DNA of 64,000 nucleotides. It comes from Saccostrea echinata (taxonomy: Eukaryota). The number at the start of each line of letters is the position of its first letter. The first letter of the stretch is position 1. Positions 10,352 through 19,754 of the stretch are shown piece by piece. A program made the position numbers and the translations under genes. Location of the stretch: positions 1,984,001 to 2,048,000 of the forward strand of contig NW_026889810.1 in assembly GCF_033153115.1 (NCBI RefSeq), read 5' to 3'. The notes beneath the pieces are model-generated. The model did not search any database and was not told the DNA's origin. It worked only from the letters and a program-made list of their open reading frames with translations.

Positions 10352-10885
10352 TTATTTTTTTTGGTTTAACAATTGTTCCAAATGTTGAATTCTGCGTTGA
10401 AATCTTATTCGATCGGCTACTAGAGCCATCCATTCACTTTTCCGATCTTCGGGTGGTAAATAATGAATTTCATTCAAGTCTGTATTAAAAGTCACACATT
10501 TCTTAGTCTCTCTGAAATTTCCAGATATTTCATCCCGTATTGAATGCATATTTTCTCCATCGATTCTATTTCCTGGTAGAGTAAAATCACTTTCCTTGCT
10601 TGGGGATGGCATAAAAAAGTGTAAGGCTTTCCGAGATAGTGGGTTCTGGGGCAGAGTTTCTTTCATGCGTTGACATAGAAAATGCAGTGTAGCTAGTCTC
10701 CCCAGGTTGGGAGGATGTAACAGGGCCAGGCATTGTAACCATAAGTCCTGAATGGTTTCTATGATGGTAGTGGCTCTCTGAAAGACTTGTTCTGCCTCGG
10801 GAGGAAGAGGTTGTTCGTGTTGTTCTATCCATTGCATTAACAAATCATAGCCTTCTAAAATCAAAGAGTGGTATTGCTTCGACAT
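10352..10885 (-). CDS. PPP1R15/DP71L/ICP34.5-like PP1-recruiting protein; in A a fusion of two overlapping frames caused by a 20-nt deletion
   Basis: C-terminus KKCVTF-NTDLNEIHYL-PPEDRKSEWMALVADRIRFQRRIQHLEQLL: an RVxF motif plus the W..DRxRFxRRI signature. Confidence 0.85.
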   Translation of the reverse strand: MSKQYHSLILEGYDLLMQWIEQHEQPLPPEAEQVFQRATTIIETIQDLWLQCLALLHPPNLGRLATLHFLCQRMKETLPQNPLSRKALHFFMPSPSKESDFTLPGNRIDGENMHSIRDEISGNFRETKKCVTFNTDLNEIHYLPPEDRKSEWMALVADRIRFQRRIQHLEQLLNQKK

Positions 10886-10937
10886 GACAATTGATTATGA
10901 ACAGGGGACAAGATATTTATCTTATTTATACCCCTGT

Positions 10938-11081
10938 TTTTTAATTTATTTTTAGACTTTGGAAAAACCAATAGACTTAATTTTTTTTTTTTAAATTTAT
11001 TTTAAGACTTTGGAAAAACCAATAGACTTAATTTTTTTTTTAAATTTATTTTTAGACTTTGAAAAAACCAATAGACTTAAA
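10938..11081. repeat. Three tandem copies of a roughly 50-bp unit between divergent promoters
   Basis: tttaaatttatttttagactttggaaaaaccaatagacttaa repeated three times. Confidence 0.9.
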
Positions 11082-11279
11082 TAGAGTAAGAACGTGTTAA
11101 GCACGTGTGGGTTTTTCCCAGATCTCACATCTCAGGAATTTCCAGATCTCAGAAGGTGCTGAGCGCGTGTGGGTTTTTCCAGGACCCCTTCCTTTAAAAA
11201 AGGTATAAAAACCAGCGCAGAGAGTGTATGGGTCATCATTTTCAGTCAGAACTTTTTTCAGAAGTCAGACGTGTATACC

Positions 11280-11969
11280 ATGGCACAAGCAATGATGAAT
11301 ACCAAAGACAACCCTAATTATGTGACACCTGAAGGCTATGCCATAGCCCCCATGCCAGAGACTCAGGATCCTGTAGGACTGGACTTGGGATTGTATAATT
11401 TCCCAGAGGCCATGACCAAAGAGGACTTTGGTATTTTAACCAACACGTTAGAGGGGATCGTCAACATACTAAACCAGATGCAAGTGAATGCAAATAAGTT
11501 TGAAGAGAAAGTCATAAGTGAATTCGTTGACCTGAGAGACAAAATGGCCCAACTGGAGGATAAAGTGTGGAGAATAGAAGAAAAAGGCAAAGGTAGAGAA
11601 CCCACAGACACAGAAGCTCCAAAGAAAACCAGAGAGACCAACCCCTGTTTCATCTGCAAACAGTTAGGACACTGGGCCCCTGAATGTCCCAAGAAAGACC
11701 TATGCTACAAATTAGGAAAATTTGGACATTGGGCCGATAAGTGTGACCAAAACAAACTGTCTGAGAAGAGACTACCCAAGCCCAAGGAAAAAAAAAAGAC
11801 GCAGGAGAACATGAGTCTCCAGGAGATACAGGGTGATTTATTAAACATTCCTGTAGAAGCTATTGTACATCAGGAGAACAAAGAAAATCTGATTCCACTG
11901 GACCAGCCTAAGAAAAGAAAACAGAAGGGAGAGGTCAAGAAGTCCCTGAAACTTCAAAAGAAGAACTGA
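11280..11969 (+). CDS. Coiled-coil plus tandem CCHC zinc-knuckle protein
   Basis: CFICKQLGHWAPEC and degenerate CYKLGKFGHWADKC, with a heptad-like region upstream. Homologs in B (38967-) and C (about 46100-46220). Confidence 0.8.
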   Translation: MAQAMMNTKDNPNYVTPEGYAIAPMPETQDPVGLDLGLYNFPEAMTKEDFGILTNTLEGIVNILNQMQVNANKFEEKVISEFVDLRDKMAQLEDKVWRIEEKGKGREPTDTEAPKKTRETNPCFICKQLGHWAPECPKKDLCYKLGKFGHWADKCDQNKLSEKRLPKPKEKKKTQENMSLQEIQGDLLNIPVEAIVHQENKENLIPLDQPKKRKQKGEVKKSLKLQKKN

Positions 11970-12209
11970 CTTTGTATCATACTTAAATAAAAAGAGTTTT
12001 TAAACTTTAACATTCACTTGTTTTTCTTTTAGAATAACAGCTGTAGATCAGCTGATTTTAAAGTGTCAAAATTAAGCAGCCAGAGAGGCGATGAAGGACT
12101 AGGATGACGTCATAATCAAGATTTGAATCGCTGCCAAGTTTAGGGCTAGGTAGGATCTCACATGGATTTTTTTTGTTTTTTGTTTTTTGTTTGTTTTTCA
12201 GGCACTTTA

Positions 12210-12388
12210 AGGGCCTAAAAGTGCACTCCGTTGACCCGGCCATCCCTTAAGGGCCCCAAAAGTGCACTCCGTTGACCCAGCCATCCCCCCCCCCAGGGCC
12301 CAAAAGTGCACTGAGTTGACCCGGCCATCCCCCCCAGGGCCCAAAAGTGCACTCAGTTGACCCCCCTAGCTAGGCTTCTTATACTACT
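12210..12388. repeat. Right terminal (TIR) region of Maverick A with four tandem 40-45-bp repeats
   Basis: gggccc(c)aaaagtgcactc(c/a)gttgaccc(g)gccatccc repeated four times, then cctagctagg-cttcttatactact. Confidence 0.85.
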
Positions 12389-12711
12389 TTGGCACAAAGT
12401 TTTTAACAGTAACCATTAGATCTAAAGGTTAGTTAACAGTTTATTTACTATTTAAGACATTTTAAAAGCACATGTTCAACTGTATTTCAAAACTCTGCAA
12501 AACATTTGTTGTCAATAATTAAAGCGTCGTAGAAATAAAAAAAATTGTTGTCATTGTACAGGTATGAATCTACCAAAGTAGGGAAATTGAAAAAGTCCAG
12601 GACACCTTGGATTATGTGTGTGGATCAACCCTTTTTCCATTTGGGTCCAAATACTTTGCCACTGTTTTTGTACTACAGTCACAGTAATGTGCAAACCCTA
12701 TGGAAACGATT

Positions 12712-14532
12712 TACAGTACTGACCGGACACAACCGAACCCAAAGCGCACCCCGGGATCGCTTCCTGGGTTCGCTGCGGGTCCGCTTTCAGGAAATTTGGG
12801 ACCGCTCTGGGTGCGCTTTGGGTTCTCTCTGCGTTCGCTCGGGGTCAGCTCTGGGTCCGCTAGAGCGAACCCGGCGTTCGCTTTCCGGGTTCTCTTTACG
12901 CACTCATGCGTGAAGCGGATCCCGCTTTAATCTCGCTGCCAGTAAGCTCCGCCCCTTGTATATTCCAAATACAGTAGTGAAATCGATCGTCACTGTTTTT
13001 ATGGCGATCGAAACATGTACATGTAAATGACAATATGGAGAACGTTGATAAATTTTCAAGAATTTCACCGTACATTCGACGTAGAATTATCACATTTATT
13101 TTTCTTAACTTACAAGCTAAGTATATCTCGAAAGAAAAAGAAGAAAAGGTGTTAAATTTATTTCGATGTATCGGATGGAGTGAAATCGATAAGAGTGTCT
13201 AAATAAAAAAAGAACTTTCAAATCGATTTGTTTACATTATTCATGCGTTTTAAAATAAGTTGGAACTTCCAATTATAATTGCAATTGCTAAATCGTAATT
13301 TAAATGTTTGAAAGACAAACAACTGAATTATGACCTTATCTATGAAATAGCCGAGACATACTGTACACGTAAAATGCTAAGTTTTCATATTTAGCATTTT
13401 ACATTTAAGCTAGGTTGTCTTCCATTACATGTATATATAGGTCGTGACAATCACTAAAAATTCTCCTACATGTACAGTGTAAATTGAGTTTCGTTTTACA
13501 GATCATTTATAATTTACTTCCATGCTATAAATCATTGTTTTATAAGGCGAGTTTAACGGAAGACTTATAAAAAAAACAACAACAATCAAGAAACCAAAAC
13601 AAACAAACAAAAACTAATAACTGGTCCACTGATAAGAATATGTTAATTTTTTTTAAGTTGTTTTCAAATACATGTACATGTAAATGATCATTTGAATAGT
13701 TTGTGTTCCTTACTGGTTCATGATAATAACGCCCGATTTTTTTTTATTAATGTTTTATTTCGATGAACCCCCACCCCTCTCCGTACTCGAATTGTTTTCT
13801 ATGGGCCGATTGTAGCGATTTTAATTTCAAATACTATAGTGTTCTCTCTCTCTCTCGTAAAGCTATTTTACTGATTTTCAGCATTCAGTTGACAGCAAAT
13901 TACATGAACATGTACTCTTCATGCAACGTACTAAAGAACTATGACGTTTCCAAATTCAAAAATAAATAAATAAGAATAATAATTGAATTTCTCATTGATA
14001 GCGTGCCCAGACGAGGTACATACAACTTAGGGGCATCGAATGTAGGGGGAGTATATACTCAGGTATACCGTGACCATGGATACAGTATACATCTAGCTAG
14101 CAAGTATCAATTTAAAAAAAAAAACCCACCGCAATTGCTCTTGGCACCCGCAATATCTTCGAAACAGGTGGATGATTACCGACACGTGGTGACCTTGGCT
14201 TCACTTTGAAACTATAATTATTAAAGTGTTAAAATTAAATAATTACGACAATAACAAAGTTCAAGTACAGGTACCTATGTAATGAAAAAAAAAATATGTA
14301 CGTTTTCGTATTAAGGTATCTTTGCAAGTTCAATTTACTAATGTTGGAATTACGTGTACTTTTCATGCACAAGTACAAAACGTACCCGTCTAGTATTTTT
14401 TGTTATATCAATATAAAGTATTTCGAAAATTACATGTACTACATGTAAGAGGTTCGTGAACATGTAAAGAACATGTAAACCTGTATAATTATATATATCG
14501 ACGCGAAGGAAAGTGATAAGCATTTTTGAGTT

Positions 14533-14577
<45 letters not shown>

Positions 14578-15632
14578 GACTGACTGACTTGCAAGTAGTT
14601 GCAAAATTTCAAAAACATACAATATAAGGTCTACATGCAGGATAACTAGATTTGACAAAATAATCTTTCCCTATATACATGTACTTAAATCAAGCTATTT
14701 ATTAAAGTTTGGTAAAAGATTAATTAAAAAAAATCATAGTATTTAAAAAAGTGAAATTTTTTTTCTCCAATTTACGTACTGACATACTGCACATTTATAC
14801 TGTACATTGTACATTTAATTTTTTTTTTCATGATCAATTATTAAGATCGATAATTTCGATGTTGATCTGGATTGATTAAAACGTGCATGTAAATCGAAAT
14901 AACAAATAAAAAATAATTAAATTAAAACACGTACATGCTTGAGATAATAAAATTCTATAATTTATCGAAGACCAGTTTAAAAAAAAAATTTTTTTTAGTA
15001 ACAATTGTTATAACCATTATTATCTTCTTTTTTTCTTTTATGAATTAAAGTACTTCTTGTCTGATAAATTTACGCAATGTATATTTATATATTAATGGAT
15101 TTTAAAAATATAAAGAAAATAAATAAGTAACTATACATGTAACATGCTACCTGGATAATAAAAATATATAAAGCATTAATAGATTTAAACAAAAAAGGAA
15201 AATATATGTGTAAATACTGCATGTTGTCTGAAGAATTAAAATATATAGATATAAAATCATGTTTAAAAATCATATTAATAATATTTTTACACTGTACGTT
15301 CACACGCTTTGCTTGTACAATGTTCAGAATACAAAATGGCATGTTGACTGGTCGATGCGCTGATGGTCAACGCATTTTATCCCTTATCATGATTGACAGA
15401 CCTGTTCGGCATGTTGATTGGTCGACGCGCTGATGAGTTAATCGCTAATCCTCATTGACAGCTCTGTTACGCAACACCGAACGCGCGTTTGCTTTCTGGG
15501 GCCGCTACTGAATTTGGGGTTCGCTTTCAGCGTTCCCTCTGGGTTCGCTCGGGGTCAGCACTAGCGGACTCTAAGCGAACCCGGGGTGCGCTCTGGGTTC
15601 GCTTTCTGTGAGGCTGTCTGGTCAGTACTGTG
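12712..15632. mobile_element. Non-autonomous EnSpm/CACTA-like DNA transposon
   Basis: TIRs (T/C)ACAGTACTGACC(G/A)GAC. GC-rich subterminal arrays of gggttcgct/agcgaaccc motifs at both ends. AT-rich non-coding interior. Confidence 0.7.
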
Positions 15633-15992
15633 TCATTCTGGTAAGTTTATTTGTGTCCTCTGAAGGTGTACCGATTTAAGTATTTTTCTTGTTAATATAC
15701 TGTTTTTGAAAAGGTACTACCTGAATTTGATTTAACTCTTATTATTTTGCAGGAGTTTGTGCAAATTTGCTGAAGTGTGTTTTTTCTGTGGTGACTTGGA
15801 CGTGGGGGGGGGGGGGGACCCCCGTATCCAGTCATACACGGAAAGGTTTAGCACTGTACGCCCAATATGTCTTTCCTGCTTGGAGGAACGTCCTCCTTCA
15901 GTGAGAAATGCCAAGAAAATTTTCCGTTTTATGTTTCCCACCTGCATCGATATGCTGCATATTAAAAGTTTCGAACATTGAGCACTTGTTTT

Positions 15993-16998
15993 TTATGCCC
16001 CCGGATCGAAAGACCCCGGGGGTATATTGTTTTTGTCCTGTCTGTCTGTTTGTCCGTTTGTCTGTTGTCAACTTTAACCTTGCCCATAACTTTTGATTGG
16101 TTGGAGCTATGACTTTCATATTTCACATGTATTCCTTGTGACAAGACCTTTCTTTGGGTACCATCATATTTGACCTTGACCTTGGAGTTTGACCTACTTT
16201 GCAAAATTTTATGAGACTTTAACCTTAGCCATAACTTCTGAACAGTTGGTGCTTGGGGTTTCAAACTTCACATGTGTATTCTTTGTGACAAGGCCTTCCT
16301 TTGGATACCAACAACTTTGACCTTTTGACCTTCACCTAGGAGTTTGACCTACTTTTGAAAAACTTTAACCTTGGCCATAACTTTTGAACAGTTGGTGCTT
16401 AGAGTTTCAAACTTCACATGTGTATTCCTTGTGACAAGACCTTTCTCTGGACATCAACCACTTTGACCCTTTGACCTTGACCTAGGAGTTTGACCTACTT
16501 TTGAAAAACTTTAACCTTGGCCATAACGTTTGAATGGTTGGAGCTAGGGCTTTCATACTTCACATATGTAATCCCTGCGACAAAACCTTCCTTTGGATAG
16601 CAACCACCACTTTGACCTTTTGACCTTGACTTAGGAGTTTGACCTACTTTTGAAAACCTTTAACCTTGGCCATAACTTTTGAATGGTTGGTGCTAGGGCT
16701 TTCATACTTCACATATGTAACCCTTGTGACAAGATCTTCCTTTGGATACCAATCACTTTGACCTTGACCTTGACATCTGACTTTCATTCAAAAAAAACTT
16801 TAACCTTCGCCATAACTTCTGAACAGTTGCATCTAGGTCTTTCAAATTTCATAGGTGTATTCCTCGAGACAAGACCTTTCTTTGGGTATCAACATTTCTT
16901 ATCTTTTGGACTGGATTTTGACTTGCATTTGAAGAAACTTTAACCTTCGCCATAAGCTGCCATACGGGGGCATCAGTGTTTCACAAGCACATCTTGTT
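15993..16998 (-). mobile_element. Helentron-associated non-autonomous element (HINE/Pearl type) with a roughly 150-bp tandem array
   Basis: Terminal hairpin atgcccccgg...ccgggggtat, a (tctg)n microsatellite, about six tandem units, subterminal gggggcat repeat and tcttgtt end. Confidence 0.8.
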
Positions 16999-17991
16999 CT
17001 TTTTTGTTTTTTTTTTTGTGTTTTTTTTTTGTAGCCACCCAATGGACATTTTCAATTAAAAAAAATCCGTAAAACAACTAATTAAAAAAATGGCCTTAAA
17101 ATAAAAAAAAAAACGAAGCTGTAATTCCGATAAAAATCATTCAAGCTTTCTTTTTCTGGAGCTCATCAAGATACACTCTCATACCAAAAATCAATTCAAT
17201 ATCTGCAATAAGTAAAATGCGGTAAACGAAGTTGGACAGACAGAACAGATGTGGAGGAAACCTAAAGTCCCCTACGATTTCACCAATAAGGGACAAATAA
17301 TACCAATGACTTTAGAGTGTAGATAACATTCCTCAAAATTGCAGTTTGAAAAACAAATGATATACCACTGACATACAGATTATTTAATCCTATGCAGGTG
17401 CTAGCTTTCTTTTTTAAAAAAAAAAACAAGATTGATGAGGGTGATTTAAAAAAAAAACAGCACATATTGATAAACAAACACATCATTTTGTTTATGATGA
17501 AACATCTTAATTCCCTTCTTTTGGCACGTTCTTCTATGTTCCTTTTCTTTACTTTTCATGAAGCATATAAACAACAAGTTAATATACATATTATTAAGAC
17601 AAATTAATCATTTTCTCATGTTTAAACTTAAACAAATTTAAAAACATTAAATTGTATTGTGCTGGATTTTACGTAGCTTGAGATAGAAAAAATAAAGTAC
17701 ATGTATGTATGCAATTTTCAATGAATAAACAGGGAATGCATTTTTGTACAGTTAAAATGTATTGCTAAATTCATGTTTACTTAAGATATAAAATTAGTAA
17801 ATTTCAAGATATTGATGTGAAAACATTTCGCGTACTATTATAACTTTTGCTTGAATTTGTCTGGGGTCTGTTTTCCATTCCTCTGGTCCATTATTTAATC
17901 GATGAGAACATTATGGAGAATAAATTAAATTAATGGGTTATATTTTGGAAAATTCACAATTTGTCTTAATATCTTTGCTTATACTTGGTAA

Positions 17992-18372
17992 GGCCATTCC
18001 AAGTTTTTTCTATGTTTAGCGTCCACCCATCTTTCAAAAACCTACCTACCTATTCGCTTAAAACACACAAATCAAAAAGAAAAACACAAGACTTTATAGT
18101 CTAAAAAATGACATCATTCAAAGGATTTGATTTCATTAATCTATTTTTTCTCGTAGAAATATTTATTCTTCAGCAAATTCAAGGCATTAAATGCTTACAA
18201 TATTCCTAATATGACATAATGTAGACAAATATTTAGAAAAATTTACAGAATTCAGTGATTTCAACCAGAATAATCAATTTCAGGACTCCTAATTTTGTTT
18301 GTTTTTTCTGATATGAGGTGTCTACAACCAAGGCGCACCGGACCCTAATCATAGAAAAAACTTGGAATGGCC
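17992..18372. mobile_element. Zator-type MITE
   Basis: TIR GGCCATTCCAAGTTTTTTCTATG at both ends, TAA target duplication (17989-17991 and 18373-18375). Confidence 0.85.
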
Positions 18373-18660
18373 TAACACTATCTCATACATTTTTTGACCA
18401 ATTGCCTCTGCTGTACTCCCAGGAAATTTGTTTTGTTCCTCGGAGAATATTTCTCATAAAAGATCTTAAAAACAAGACAAGGGATGAAAAACAAGGTCTC
18501 TTTAGGAAAAGTATTAAAATAATTTGAACTGTAACGAACATTAATATATTCAATTAAAATTAAAAACCTTGGCCCAAACTTGCATTTGATACCCATAACT
18601 ACCTATGGCCTCCTTATTCAACTTAAGTAGATTGAAATAAAATATCTTAATATATGCCTC

Positions 18661-18885
18661 AGTAGTAGATTACTCCAGGATAGACCGGTCTATCCTGGAG
18701 TATAGGGGCCTTTATAGACGGTAAAAAAATGCAAAAAATACGAAAAATGTAAAATGCGCTGGACCGGTCTATCCAGGCGTATAGGGGCCTTTATAGACGG
18801 TAAAAAAAAAAGTCAAAATAAGAAAGTCTATACAGGATACCGTATCAAAAGTCCCAAAATGCGCTGGTCGGGTCAACTAAGTGCA
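18661..18885 (+). repeat. Left TIR of Maverick B, containing a perfect 32-bp palindrome at 18671-18702
   Basis: Reverse complement of 40049-40272 with few mismatches. Looser similarity extends to about 18998/39899. Confidence 0.95.
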
Positions 18886-18939
18886 CCTTCCCAAGATCCT
18901 GGCTAGCCGGTTCAACTACCCTTTTTAAAAAATACACAA

Positions 18940-19384
18940 TCAAAAAAATTTCAAACCTTTTATTATTGATCCAATACAATACAATATGAAAAGAAAAAGT
19001 GTCAATTCTTTTTTTCTGTACTTTTCATTCATTTCTTTTGTCACTCTTTCTGTTTTTTTTTCCTTTTTAATTGTTCTAAGTTTATCCTTACGAATCTCAT
19101 CCATCACTTCTTTAAACACACCAATTTCTTTTGTTATGATTTCTCTAAACTCACAGTGATCCTTCTGAAGTTTTACCATTATATCAGTTGATTTCTCCTG
19201 ATCCTGAATCATTTTTCTTATTATACTGGCTATTTCCTTCTGGTTCTCTTTCAGAATTTGAATTATATCACATATATCCTCTAGGATTTTTTTTTATCCC
19301 TTTTCTTTCATGTAGTTCAATACCAGCCATTACTGTTGCCAGCTCAAACATATCATTCAGAGTCCTGGAATTTTCTTCTTCCAT
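18940..19384 (-). pseudogene. Coiled-coil protein gene at the left end, frameshifted in an A-run (about 19290)
   Basis: TATA (about 19455) and TCAGTC initiator, then MEEENSRTLNDMFELA... continuing in a shifted frame as ILEDICDIIQILKENQKEIASIIRKMIQDQEK... Confidence 0.55.
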
Positions 19385-19754
19385 CTTAAGGTTTGTTTTA
19401 AAATCCCTGACTAAAATATAAGACTGATCCTATATACTCTCAGATCTGGTTTATATACCTTTTTAATCCATTCTATTTTTAGTCTCTACTATTTTTTTAG
19501 TTTAATCTATTTTTAATCTCCACTATTTTTTATAAGTCTAAAACTATTTTTAGTTCTTTTTTAACTCTAATTATAACACCACGAGATCCTATTCTTAAAA
19601 CACCTGTGCAGTAGTGGCGTGTGCAAAAAAAATTCCTCCTACTTAAAATCTTTGCACCTATCCAAATCACAGCGACCTATGCATTGTGACGTCATATATC
19701 GTATAAAAACCGCCTTCTTTTGACTTTCAGCTCATTCTGTTGTTAAAAATAAAC

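Larger units (their letters stand above)
1..12388 (+). mobile_element. Maverick/Polinton (adintovirus-like) element A, right part; left part lies outside the window
   Basis: Gene order penton-core-hexon-adenain matches element B. Ends in ...ttcttatACTACT (12388), the reverse complement of the Polinton AGTAGT terminus. Confidence 0.93.
12562..17095 (+). mobile_element. 3' remnant of a Zator-like DNA transposon: Cys-rich transposase C-terminal exons about 12562-12711 and 15753-15920, right end ...aaaatGGCC-TTA
   Basis: Exon-like DYVCGSTLFP...CANPMET and VCFFCG...VRPICLSC. GGCC terminus followed by TWA at 17092-17098. Confidence 0.5.
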
